Part shown: positions 39,663 to 52,790 of the stretch, piece by piece
How positions within the stretch are numbered: the first letter of the stretch is position 1
How the letters are laid out: every line of letters begins with the position of its first letter
DNA from: the human T2T-CHM13v2.0 reference genome, Homo sapiens
Assembly (NCBI RefSeq): GCF_009914755.1
Contig: NC_060927.1
Direction: 5' to 3' (one strand)
DNA length: 64,000 nucleotides
The notes under the pieces: generated by a model
Told to the model about the DNA's origin: nothing
Databases searched by the model: none
Seen by the model: the letters and a program-made list of their open reading frames with translations, nothing else
Position numbers and translations under genes: made by a program

Positions 39663-39727
39663 GAAAAAGAAATGAATACAAACATGTATGCAGGTTGGTT
39701 AAGGATAAAAGCAAGATTAGAAATCAC

Positions 39728-40020
39728 GGCCGGGCACAGTGGCTCAGGCCTGTAATCCCAGCACTTTGGGAGGCCGAGGTGAGTGGATCATGAGGTCAGG
39801 AGTTCAAGACCAGCCTGGCCAAGATGGTGAAACTCCGTCTCTACTAAAAATACAAAAAAACCAGCCAGGGGTGGTGGCAGGCACCTGTAATCCCAGCTAC
39901 TCAGGAGGCTGAGGCAGAGAATTGCTTGAACCTGGGAGGAGGAGGTAGCAGTGAGCCGAGATTGCACCACTGTGCTCCAGCCTGGGCAACAGAGTGAGAC
40001 TCTGTCTTGAACAAATAAAA
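39728..40020 (+). mobile_element. Alu (Sg-like)
   Basis: Full-length; TSD agaaatcac. Confidence 0.95.
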
Positions 40021-40835
40021 AGAAATCACACAGTGAAGCTAACAGTAGTATTAGTACACAGATTGCAAAAGACCATCAGTGTCCCATAATTAAAATGCCT
40101 ACGACTCCTCTGAAATTCATATTGGCATTACTGTCTTAAATGACTTCAATTTTGCGCAAAGATAGGAGCCAAGTTTGCCTACCTGACTTCAGATTATGCC
40201 ATCAGAACTCAGACAACACCCATGTCAGCCCAACAGTGGCCTTCAGCTATAGTACCCAGGAGAAAGAAAAGTATAACAATGAATAGGGTATGGCCCCAGG
40301 GTAAGAGAAGGCAGAGTCAACTTTCTCATCGCTGAACCCAAAGGGGTCCAATTGAGGACCAAAAAGCAAAGTGAAGTAAGCAAAACTACCGAGTCTTTTC
40401 CTCTGCTCTTCCCCAGCCACTTGCATTTATTTATAAATATTGAGACTTGCAATGTCTAATTGTCTTTCTTGAATCTCACTAAGATTATTTTGCAGGGTTT
40501 GAAAACCTCTTCCCAGTACTTTAGGTTTTTTGAGGATTAATCTCTGGCAAGGAACTAGCTGTGCTGCGTAAGCCCCATCCCTGCTAAATTTGCCTCGTCT
40601 GTTTAAAGGTAACACTCTAAAGACTGGCCTTTGGACTTCCATTGTGAGACTCAGACAAAGCTTCAGATCTTACTCAAAACTCTCCTTCCCAGTGGCTTTG
40701 TGGGGGATTCATGTTTCCACCAAACAAACTTCAGATAAACAGTGTGAGGACTATTTTAGGGAAGACAAGGGGTCATTAAAATTACATTTATAGTGGTTTT
40801 CTTGGGCTGTATAAAATATATTGTTTTGTTTTTAG

Positions 40836-41464
40836 GACAGAAATGGAAATGTATGCTATTTACCAGCAAAGGAGAATGGAAAAAATTAATCCCAAGGGAC
40901 TAGCAGGCCTAGGGATACCCTTCCTCTATGGCTCCAGTGTCCCAGCTGCCCCCGCTGCCTACCATGGCAGGAGCATGCTCCCTGCCGGTGACCTGCATTT
41001 TCACAGAAGCACCCTCAGAAACCTTCAGGGAAACCCCATGCTAGCGGCAACTGCACCACACTTTGAGGAGAGCTGGGGGCAGAGATGTCGTCGACTCAGG
41101 AAAAATACAGGGAATCAAAAAGCTCTAGACAGTGATGCTGAGAGTTCCAAAAGTCAAGCAGAAGAAAAAATCCTAGGTCAGACTCATGCAGTTCCCTATG
41201 AAGAGGATCATTATGCAAAAGACCCAGACATTGAAGCACCCAGCAACCAGAAGTCAAGTGAAACGAATGAAAAGCCAACGACAGCTCTTGCCAACACCTG
41301 TGGAGAGCTCGAGCCCACCCATAGGAAACCCTGGGGGTCTCACACCACTACCCTGAAAGCAAAGGCCTGGGACGATGGGAAAGAGGAGGCTTCGGAGCAG
41401 ATTTTTGCAACCTGTGATGAAAAGAATGGGGTTTGCCCTCCAGTTCCTCGACCATCTCTGCCAG
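40836..41464 (+). CDS. SAMD7: SAMD7 exon 6
   Basis: gtttttag| TEMEMYAIYQQRRMEKINPKG...CPPVPRPSLP(G) |GTGGGT; 629 nt, matches ORF 40843..41544. Confidence 0.97.
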
Positions 41465-41500
41465 GTGGGTGTCCAGGGGCCAATGGCAGATCCTCATTAA

Positions 41501-41877
<377 letters not shown>

Positions 41878-42740
41878 TTTATCTTTCTTTTTCTTAATCC
41901 TGCTTGGAATTACCTTCTCTTAGCATCATTTTATTCTATCAGTGCTAATAAGCCATATCAGTGAAACTAGCCTCTGTTTATATTTTGCTATATAGAGAAT
42001 TTTCAACAAAGGCTGGGAAGGTAAATATCTTGGGAAACATAATAGAATTTTAATTTAAGATTTTAATGTAATTTAGTGTTCATTTCTTCAACAAAGCAGA
42101 GAGGCGTCTTGCTTCAAAGTGTGAATTCTATCTCCCTGATATTTAAGTATATGAAAAAACAGGCAATTAAGCAGAAGTATTACCTTTCAGTGTCCAATAC
42201 TGTTGATACTTTCAAATTTAAAAATACTAATGCACTTCATGACAGAAACGCACACTGAATAGTTTTCTAGCACTCCTTTAGATAAAAAAAAATATATTTT
42301 AAGACACAGGGATTGTGAAGGGCATGTAATACAGCCACCATACCAACTGTTTCCCTACAAAGTGTTAATTTGCCATTCTGATGAAAATGTAGCTAAATTA
42401 TTGTCTCATCTCGAAAGCAGGATAATCACCTATCACGAAAACATAGTAACATTAATCTGGAGAATAGAATCCATGGGGCATTTCTGTTGTAATCTGAGAG
42501 AAGCTGGTGCAAACCTGGAACTTGTTTACTTACAATAAATGCTATCAGTAAAGATCTTTTCAGAGAAAGAAAAGAAAGGAGGCAGCTGAAGCTTTTAGAA
42601 AACATCTCCTAGTAATTCCTAATATCTTGTAAGGCGTTTGCAAATCAAGACCACTCTGGGGTGATAGAATATAAGGAAATTAATGTAACTATACATAAAC
42701 CTGTATGTATTTTATGCCACAATTTCTTTCCATTTTAAAG

Positions 42741-42862
42741 GAACACATGCACTGGTTACAATTGGGGGGAATCTTTCTTTGGATGAAGATATTCAGAAGT
42801 GGACCGTGGATGATGTGCACAGCTTCATTCGCAGCCTTCCAGGTTGTTCAGACTATGCTCAG
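42741..42862 (+). CDS. SAMD7: SAMD7 exon 7 (N-terminal part of SAM domain)
   Basis: cattttaaag| THALVTIGGNLSLDEDIQKWTVDDVHSFIRSLPGCSDYAQ |GTGACT; WTVDDV motif of Ph/Scm-type SAM domains. Confidence 0.97.
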
Positions 42863-43809
42863 GTGACTTAATGTTTAAGTATTTCCATACAAGAAAAACA
42901 GTTTGAAATATCTTTCCTGCATAATGAATTAGGTCAAACTTGCATTGTGCCTCCAGAAAGGATTCCTACTAATCTCTCTTTTTTATGCCAGTGTCTACCC
43001 TGGGACAGGTCTCTGATTGGTGGAACTTGGGTCATACACCCACACCCCAGCATCAGGGGAGGCTGGGAAAGCCATTGTCTGTCTTTAGCTTCTTTCCTAT
43101 CAAGACTCCTAAGAAGTAGGAATTCTCCCAAAATTAGAAGAAGGTTCAGAAGCTGAACATCCAAAAAGAATGGGAAATAACGACTACATTCCCTACTTAT
43201 CCACATAGCAAACATTTTTGGAGCACAGACTTCTGGGTGAGAAGTTTTAGGTTACTCACTGTAAGTAACAGGAATATATACTTCATTCTAAAAGGAACAA
43301 GAAGGCAATATCTGAAAAGTTAGAAATTCATTATTTTAAATTCTGTATTTATGCTGGGACAATATATAAAAATGCATACAACATATTCAATCTGGCATAA
43401 AATACCATTTTAAAAAACTATAATGAACTATCAGGGCAGTTAGAAACAAAACTAGCCTCACTAGTATTGAAAAATTTGTGACAAAAGTCATAGGTTGGTA
43501 AAATTTTGAAGTTTATGTCAATGCTACATTTTCATGCATTTAGTTTACTTTTTTGAGTTATTTAATAATACAATTCTAAGCAATAAAGTGCCTACTAAAT
43601 CTAGTATCATTTTTGGTTTGCATGTTAAAGGAAAAGAAAGCAAGAAAAGGATATTAAGGTTTAACTACATCATAATTAACTGATACTAGAGCTGATTATT
43701 TTCCAGATCTGTTTTGTGAAATGTTTGTCTACAGTGAGATACTGTTAACTCTTTTTCTTTTTATTATTATTATTTTTTAGTTCAGTTTACGGGACTTACG
43801 GAAAAACTA

Positions 43810-44040
43810 TATAGAGTAGTTACTAAGAATATAGCTTCTGAAGCCAGAAAGTACAAATTCAAATCCTGGCTTTTCTATTTTCTGGTTGTGTGACCTAGGA
43901 CAAGTTGCCTCCCTTCTCTGTGCCTCAGTTGTTTTATCTGTAAAATGAAGATAATCATAATAATACATTTTCAGAGGATTTTTGTGAGCATTAGAGTGCA
44001 TGGCACCTTGTAAATACTCAATAAACATGAATTTCATCAT
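43810..44040 (+). mobile_element. MIR
   Basis: ttcaaatcctggc...tgtgtgacctaggacaagttgcc...tctctgtgcctcagtt...atctgtaaaatg. Confidence 0.85.
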
Positions 44041-44769
44041 TATACCCAAGAGACGGCCAAGCCTCAAGTTACTTATGAAGCAAGTTGTGTTCCTCAAGTC
44101 ACCCATTTTTGTCTTTTGCATAACCTGATAAAAAGTTTTTGGCCTACTCTTCCCTGTTCAATGGTTATAACCTTATTTTTAAAAATTAGTCATTAGTCAT
44201 GGGTAAGCCACTTTTTAAATGTATCTATACCACTTCAAGTGCCATGTCAACCATGGGTTCAATTAAGTTGCTAACTTCTGATAACAACCGGAAGAGCAAC
44301 CCTTATTTAATAAGCATGTGATTGCTAAGATCTGGCACATTGAATTTGAACTCTGATTATTCTTAGTGATCCATAGTCAGAAAAGTGCAATTTATAATAA
44401 TAGCTCTTGTAATAAATAATATTACATGCTTTTCATAGTTTAAAATCCCAAATGTCCCCTTGTGGGTACACAGAAGTCACATAAACATGAGTACTCCAAA
44501 CTCTGCTGACTCATTATCTCTCACTGACAGGATGTCAGCGCCCTCTTCCCTACCCCAAGAAGTGGTAGCAATTATTTCTAGATACGTCTCAAATTTGTTT
44601 AGGATCAAGTCCTGCTTTAGTTTCCCCATTAAAGTATACTCCCTCCAAGTGACAGCAGGTGGCATCAACTGAAAGATGTCACTGCTGTGCTGTGCCTGCC
44701 CCCAGCTATGCTCTGTGATGTTATTTTATACAGAAATGGGGAGATGCCCTCTGGATGCAACAGCCCTGA

Positions 44770-45164
<395 letters not shown>

Positions 45165-45750
45165 CCATAGCCCCTTTCTTTAAATGAGTTGGACCAAGGT
45201 GCTGAGATTAGCTGGCGTTAAACCTACTGTCCCCCAACTATCCTCTTACTCCCCATCTCTGCCTTAGGTGCCTACTCAGCAACTTCTCACCACTCACCTC
45301 CTGTAGGTAGAAAAAGAAATTCAGCAGAAAAAAAATAACAACTAAAACCCAAAGCCCCAAGTGCAAATGAACTCTTTTAAATAGGTGTAGAGAAAGGATT
45401 GGTGGCTCAGCTGTTAAGGAACATTCAGGAGAGCCTGCAACATATTTTGTTCCAAGTAAATGTCTAGTTCAGAGGACTCAGCAGATAAAATATCCTCTCT
45501 CTAAAAAGAACTGAAATTACTGAAAATATGTGCACATTTATATCATTACACATGGCCCAAACTGCTCTGGTGAGAAAGAAGGGGGTACATCTGAGCGACA
45601 GGGACATGTATGTGTCCTCGCCCCAGGCCCTGAGTACATCCACCATGGCTGAGGGTTAGATCCTCACACATTTCAGTCCCCTGGCTGCCAGCCTACCTCT
45701 GCTTGAAAATTTATCCACGTGGTTCCTCCTTTGGATGCTCACAAATTGTC

Positions 45751-45902
45751 AGGTGCACACTACCACACCCAGCTAATTTTTTTTAAAGAGATGGGGGTCT
45801 ACTATGTTGCCCAGACTTGTCTCAAACTCCTGGGCTCAAGTGATCCTCCAGCCTTAGCCTCCCAAGTAACTGAGATTACAGATGTGAGCCACCGCACCTG
45901 GC
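45751..45902 (-). mobile_element. AluJ/FLAM left-arm fragment
   Basis: gagatgggggtctactatgttgcccag...ctcctgggctcaagtgatcctcc. Confidence 0.85.
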
Positions 45903-45974
45903 TCTTTAATTTATATTAGCCATTTTCTATAATTTGCTTAATTAAAATAGGAAAAGAAATAATTACTTAATGCA

Positions 45975-47910
45975 GTTTGTTGGGGGACGGCTGGCTCAGC
46001 GCTGAGAGAGGTGGCCAGGGAATGGTGGGAGCTGCAGTGGTGGTGGCAGTGGCTGGGGTGATAAGCACAGCCTGGGGCTGCCCCTCCTCGGGGGCCATGC
46101 TGCATTGCACTGCACGGGTAGCCACGAGCGAGTCTAGGACGCAACGGGAACTGTGGAAGGTGCATCCACAAATGGACCAATGTGTGTAATGATGGAATCT
46201 CCTTACTAACCATTACCACTGCCTCTCCTTGATAAGTGAGCCAGAGAGTGAGTGGGTCAGGGGAGAAGAAAAGAGGTCAACATGAAGCTAAAGCAGCGAG
46301 TCATGCTGTTAGCAATTCCTGTCATCTTTATCTTCACCAAAGTTTTCCTGATTGACAACTTAGATACATCAACTGCCAAGCAGCGTTTCACTACTTGATC
46401 CCCTGAGGGCTTTTCACCGAATGATGACTGGCTTGTGGATGGAGCTGTCACCCAAGTTGGACCACACGTTGCAGTCTTCCTAGGAGACTGCAGCCCAGTG
46501 GGTGGTTCCCCAGGAAGTGTACTGTGAAGAGACACCAGAGCTGGGGGCAATCATGCATGCCATGGCCACCAAGCAAATTATTAAAGCTGATGTGGGTTAT
46601 AAAGGGACACAGCTGAAAGCCTTACTGATCCTTGAAAGGGAACAGAAAGTTGTTTTCGAACCTAAGTAGTATAGCCGAGACTATGTAGTGGAAGGGAACC
46701 ATATGCCGGTTATGATAGACACAATGCGGAGGTAGCAGCCTTTCACTTGGACAGGATTGTGGGTGTCCCAGAGCCCTGCTGATGGTGGGCAGATCCGTTC
46801 ATCTTCAGACAGAGATCAAGCCTGTTACCATGGAGCAGCTGTTGAGCCCCTTCCTAACTGTAGGACACAATACTTGTTTTTATGGGAAGTGTTATTACTA
46901 CCGAGAAACAGAATCAGCTTGTGCCGATGGAGACACAATGGAAAAATCTGTCACACTTTGGCTTCCAGATGTGTGGCCTCTCCAGAAACACTGACACCCG
47001 TGGGCCAGGACTTACTGAAAAGGCAAATTGGCCAGGTGGGAGTATGATGAGCGCTACTGTGAGGCTGTGAAGAAAACGTCCCTTTATGACTCTGGCCTGT
47101 GCCGCCTGGACACCATTAACACAGCTGTCTTTGATTACCTGATTGACAATGCTGACTGCCATTACTATAAGAACTTTCAAGATAATGAGGGCGCCAGTAT
47201 GCTCATCCTTCTTGATAACAACAAAAGCTTTGGGAACCCCTTGCTGGATGAAAGAAGCATTCTTTCCCCCCCTCTATCAGTGTGGCATCACTCAGGTGTC
47301 TACCTGGAACAGACGGAACTACCTAAAGAATGGTGTGCTGAAGTCTACCTTAAAATCTGCCATGGCCCATGACCCCCTCTCCCCAGTGCTCTCTGATCCT
47401 CGTCTGGACGCCATGGACCAGTGGCTCCTGAGTGTCCTGGCCACCGTGGAGCAGTGCACTGACCAGTTTGGGATGGACACTGTATGGTAGAAGACACAAT
47501 GCCTTTCTCCCACTTGTAACTCTCAATAAAAAATAAGTGAAACTTCTTTTTACAAAGATAGAGAAGCAGCACAATCAATTCCAAATGGTATGAAATGGAT
47601 TGGAAATGGCCAGCAGCAAGTTCTGGTGACAGGGGACAGGGTGGCCTTGGATGTCTTTGGTGTTTTCTGTAGTAGAAACTAAAGCAAAGACCACAAGTTT
47701 CTGAGCATGGAGATGTTCCTGCTGAATCACCTTCTGAATTCCTCAGCAATTGCCCATTCTAGCAATAGGCATCATAGTTGGTCAGTCTTAATTCCCAGGC
47801 CAAAGGACAATCAGACATTTTCATAGATGAATACTGGGATTGGCTCTGGAGTGTGTGTTTTGAGTGGAACATTTCAGTCCTTTCTCCACACCGGTGCATA
47901 TTGTGGAAAA
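45975..47910 (+). pseudogene. FAM20B (glycosaminoglycan xylosylkinase) processed pseudogene in SAMD7 intron 7; CDS remnant 46282-47519
   Basis: [67 protein letters not shown], ...MPFSHL*. Intronless, many frameshifts and stops, GC-rich 5' leader. No tail or TSD seen, so ends are approximate. Confidence 0.93.
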
Positions 47911-48009
47911 ATATATGTATACATTCATGACTAAAATCTATTAGAACACAAGGTTCCCAGTACAGGAGCTTTCCAAGAAGATTCTACTTTTTAGCTGGTC
48001 CTGAGTCAT

Positions 48010-49782
48010 GCCCTGTGAGGCATGGAGCACAGAGTGGAAACAAGACCAATGTGGTTCCTCTTCTCATGGCACTCATAGTCCAGAAGAGGGGCACCAGTGA
48101 GTGATCCCACATCCATACGAGCACGTTGTGAAAGGCGGGTACAGAGCATGGTGGGAACACATATGAGGGACTCTTGGCCTCCTAAAGGAAGAGGCCTCTA
48201 AAGTGAGACCTGAAAGTCAAGAGGAGAGGTGAGGCAGGAGGGAGATAAAGGAGGAATTTCCAGGTGAGGGCCAGAGCCAGAGAAAACTTTAATATGGTTG
48301 GGACTTTGAGAGTAGTTCCCAGTGCTACAGAGGGCCAGGGCCAAGGTGGGAGAGGTGGGGAGAGCAAGATGAGACTGGAGAGGTGGACAGGGCCAGGTCA
48401 CAGAGCCCAGAAGACCCAGTGAAGGATTGTGGCTTTATCCTGGAGGCAGTCAGGTTTTAAGTAGGGAGCGGCATGGTTAGCTTTATATTGCAGAAAGATC
48501 ACTCAGGTTGCTTTTATGAAAATAAGTTGAAGAGGACAAGACAGAGGGGAAGCCTATTCAGATAAGCAATGATGGAGTTCTATCCAGGGTGGGAGCAGTG
48601 GGGGCAGGAGGATAAGAACACAACCTAGAGGAGGCAGGGCAAGATGGCCAAAAAGAAGCCTCCACCGATGGTCCTCCCTTCCGGAACACCACATGGAGCA
48701 ACAATCCTCACAAAAAAAAACCACCTTCATAAGAACAAAAAATCAGATGATCAATCACAGTACCTGGTTTTAACTTCATGTCACTGAAAGAGGCACTGAA
48801 GGGGGTAGGAAAGATAGTCTGGAATTGCCCACACCATCCCTCTGCCGTCCCCCAGAAGTGACCACATGGTATGGGGACAGAATCTGTGCTTTTGTGGGTG
48901 GGGGACACGGTAATTGTGGGACTCTGCATTGGAACTCAGTGCTGCCCAGTCACAGCACAATGAAAACTATGTAAGAGGCCAAACTGGCACGATTTAGCTT
49001 CTGAGTTAAAGATACATGTTAGGGAGCCTTCAGCATATACAGCCCATCATTGAAGCTGAGCAAAGCTGAAATGAATCAGGAAGACCAAAGGGACCTGAGT
49101 CAGAAGCCTAAGAAACCCTAACCTATAAAAATGGACAAAGAAACAGGAGCTGGCAAAGGTGACCTTGAAGGAGAGAACAGGGGTACCCAGGAGGGAGCAG
49201 CCTCATGACAGAAAGGAAGAGCAAGCACTGTTCATGAAGGCACAGTCAACAATGTCAGATGCAGCCAGCAACTTCAGAAATAGAACAACTGCAAAATGTC
49301 TGCATGTTTGGTGGGACAGAGGCACCCGGAAGCCTGAGGAAAGCCGGCTTAATGGAATGGTCGGGGCAGAGCTCAGATTCCCTGAGACTGCAGAATGACT
49401 GGGAAATTAGAACGTGAAAGCAGGGAGCATCGAAACCCTTTGGAGAAATCTAGCTGTGAAGGGAGTGAGAGACATGAGGCAGCATTTGGAAATGGAGTTT
49501 GAGTATTTTCATTATTTTTGTTTGTTTAATGATGGTGGAGACTTATTTAAATCCCAATGGGAAAGAGCCAGCAGAAGAGGAGAGACTGAAGAGAAAAGAG
49601 GGAATTATCTATCCTCTCTGGAAGTGGGAGGCATGAGGACCCACAGTATATGTGGAGAGATCGTCTTTAAATGGTGGAGAGACCTCTCTTCCATTGTATC
49701 GTGACAGTGGGAGAAAATAAAGGTTTTTGGTTCATTGGTCAGAATTAGAGGGAGTTCTTATCTACTGGTTTTTGTTTTCTGT

Positions 49783-49814
<32 letters not shown>

Positions 49815-49980
49815 TAGTTAGGAAGCGCTATGATCTACTGAAAATGAGGGAAGGCTCTGCCTACAAAGTCTAAAGTTTGAGGAGGGTGGAGATAGCTTGA
49901 AATAGAAGGGAGAGAAAGCTCAACTGTGAATATAGAAGGATTTCCAGGCAAGTTGAAGTTGAAGATCATGAAATTACGGT
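48010..49980. mobile_element. L2 region with nested L1 5'-end fragment
   Basis: L2-like ggtcacagagccc...ggctttatcctggaggc...cagaaagatcactc; purine-rich. Confidence 0.6.
48628..48955 (+). mobile_element. L1 5'-UTR fragment (L1M1/L1MA-type)
   Basis: gggcaagatggcc terminus; caccttcataagaac.aaaaatcag...cacagtacctggttttaacttcat.tcactgaaagaggcactgaag. Confidence 0.7.
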
Positions 49981-50622
49981 CCTATCAATCTGCCTAGATT
50001 TTGTATCCCTCTATCTGCCTGGAATCTTTGTCCACCAGCAGCCTTCCTGGCTTTCAGAGAAAGGAAGGCACGCCACGTCCACTACAGTTTCAGGACTAAC
50101 AGACCTGCTGGAAAGGTCCGGTAGGGAAAGTTCTCAGCAGCATTTCCCTCCCCTCCCTTTACCAAGCATCTAAGGCATGGCCAGCAGATACCACATCTGT
50201 AAATGTGAGACATGAAATTTATCCATAACAGGTTTTACCCACATCCCTTTACTTACAGCATTTACTCATTCATTCATTTATCCAGCAATATTTATTGTAC
50301 ATCTTCTTACCATATGCCAGCCTCTGTATTAGGGGTACATTGGTCAAAAAAACACTGACCTGGCCCTCAAATAATCACTATTCCTGGTTGGAATTGAGTT
50401 CTATAAACAGAGAATTACAGTCGATTACAAAGGTTATTAAAGAGCACAAGCAATATGCTACTGAGCACAGAAAAGAGAGCAACTAAAAAAAGGTTTTACA
50501 AATTTTTTTGTCATCCTCAAGCAGTCTTAATGTTTTCTCCAAAACTAAAATATCTAGGTGGTAAAAGAACTTTTTCAAAAAAAGACATTCAGACAGAGTT
50601 AACACCTTTTGTATTTATGAAG

Positions 50623-50733
50623 GTATTTAAAGATCATGCAATTGATGGAGAAACTTTGCCATTACTCACAGAAGAGCATCTTCGAGGCACTATGGGATTA
50701 AAGCTAGGGCCGGCACTAAAAATTCAGTCACAG
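50623..50733 (+). CDS. SAMD7: SAMD7 exon 8 (C-terminal part of SAM domain)
   Basis: atgaag| VFKDHAIDGETLPLLTEEHLRGTMGLKLGPALKIQSQ |GTATGG; IDG..L and LKLGPALKI SAM motifs; 111 nt, phase 0-0. Confidence 0.97.
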
Positions 50734-50944
50734 GTATGGTGATTTTATATAACTAATTATGTATTAATGGCACAAAGCTTAATACAAATATGTTACTTTT
50801 ATCTTGTTGTAATATAAATAATACTTATTTAACTTCTTTATTGCTTTCCCTCTGTGGTTGAGGACATAATAGAAGTGAGGGACCCTGAAAACATTGGATG
50901 GGATGGTGGTACACATTCCTAGATATAACTGGGAAGATGATAAG

Positions 50945-51460
50945 CAAGGATGCACTGGTAAATGTTTAACAAGTAGTTCTCTTTGAAAAAAAATGAGCCC
51001 CAATTTGTAATATCTCCAATTTCTGTGGTGTAAATTACTCCCACCGTGGCTGAGAAACTCCTAATGTCACTGAATACTGTCATCCTCCGAGAAATCATCA
51101 TCCCACTCGGGAGTGCTGCCCTCCTCGCTCCGGGCCCATGACACTTGGGGGTGACTATCCTGAAATGGGAAAAGATGCATAGCAGCACCCCACTTTAGAG
51201 TATTTCTACCAGATACAATCTCAAATATAATAGGTGTGAATAACGTCAAGAGCAGAAGTAATAATAATAGTAAAATAATTAGGTAAAAACAATTAAAAAG
51301 TGATGAGCCTTAAGCATATATTACTTTTGTTGTACATAATTTATTTAATATGATGCTTTGACTTAATTTTTAATAATGATGTATTTAACAACTGGCTTGC
51401 AAACTTCCTAAACATTGAATAATTGGCTCTTGTGAGTTAGCCAACCCCAGCACGCCACTT
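50945..51460. mobile_element. hAT-Blackjack MER63-like DNA transposon
   Basis: ctggtaaatgtttaacaa...gtggtgtaaattactcccaccgtggctga...atttaacaactggcttgcaaa...ccagcacgccact. Confidence 0.65.
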
Positions 51461-51532
51461 CTCACTACCTCCACCACTCCATCCTGGTCTCAGGCACCAT
51501 CATCTCTCATTGGATGACTGTATTGGCCTTCT

Positions 51533-52113
51533 TTTTTTTTAATTTTAATTTTTATTTTAAGTTATGGGGTACATGTGCAGGTTTGTTGCACAGGTAAACA
51601 TGTGCCATGGTGGTTTGCTGCACCTATCAACCCATCACCTAGGTATTAAGCCCAGCATGCATTAGCTATTTATCCTGATGCTCTCCCTCCCCCCATCCCA
51701 ACCCCTGACAGGCCTCAGTGTGTGTTGTTCCCCTCCCTATGTCCATGTGTTCTCATTATTCAGCTCCCACTTATAAGTGAGAACATGCGGTGTTTGGTTT
51801 TCTGTTCCTGCATTAGTTTGCTGAGGATAATGGCTTCCAGCTCCATCCATGTCCCTGCAAAGGACATGATCTCGTTCCTTTTTATGGCTGCATAGTATTC
51901 CATGGTGTATATGTACCACATTTTCTTTATCCAGTCTATCACTGATGGGCATTTGGGTTGATTCCATGTCTTTGCTATTGTGAATAGTGCTGCAATGAAC
52001 ATATGTGTGCATTTATCTTTGTAATAGAATGATTTATATTCCTTTGGGTAAATAGCCAGTAATGGGATTGCTGGGTCAAATGGTATTTCTGGTTCTAAAT
52101 CTTTCAGAAATCA
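51533..52113 (-). mobile_element. 5'-truncated L1PA (3' end), inserted in L2
   Basis: Primate L1 3' UTR plus ORF2 end (MFIAALFTIAKTWNQPKCPS..DWIKKMWYIYTMEYY); TSD attggccttct at 51522-51532 and 52117-52127. Confidence 0.93.
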
Positions 52114-52601
52114 TGCATTGGCCTTCTAACTGCTCTCCCTGCTTCTGCCCTTGCCCACCCAGAGTTGATTCACAAAACAGTAAAAGTGGTCCTTTTAATA
52201 TGTAAGATGGATTGTGTCAGTCTTCTGCTCAAGATTCTACAATAGCTCCCCATTGCCTTCAGAGCCAAAGCCAAAGACCTATGTCATTTGTGCTCCTCCT
52301 AACATGCCACCACCATTACCGTCCTGACCTCACCATCTACTTTTCTCCCCCTCAGTAATTCCACTATTGCTCAGCTGCCCCTGGTTAGAGCCACCTTGAT
52401 ACCCTGTTTTACATCTGTAAACACTATAATTCTGAGAGAAAGAAAAAGCCCACCACATCCTACAATTGTGACCCCCACAACTATATGTTAATAGATGCTC
52501 CATGCCTGAAATTACCTCAGCCTCTCTGTGATGTGTGTTTAATGCTGAGTTAATGAAAAAAATTCATAGAATTGATTACTATAATTATTTTGTCTTAAAA
52601 G

Positions 52602-52790
52602 GTATCTCAGCATGTGGGAAGTATGTTCTACAAGAAAACTCTTTCATTTCCTATAAGACAAGCATTTGATCAACCAGCAGATACATCCCCTCTTCTGGAT
52701 CCTAATTCCTGGAGTGATACAATGAACATTTTTTGTCCCCAGGATACAATAATTCCTAAAGGAATTGAGCGAGGTAGTATGAGAAACTAA
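52602..52790 (+). CDS. SAMD7: SAMD7 exon 9 coding part (stop TAA 52788-52790)
   Basis: cttaaaag| VSQHVGSMFYKKTLSFPIRQ...GIERGSMRN*. Exon lengths 86+125+79+629+122+111+189 = 1341 nt = 446 aa + stop. Confidence 0.93.
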   Translation, partial: VSQHVGSMFYKKTLSFPIRQAFDQPADTSPLLDPNSWSDTMNIFCPQDTIIPKGIERGSMRN

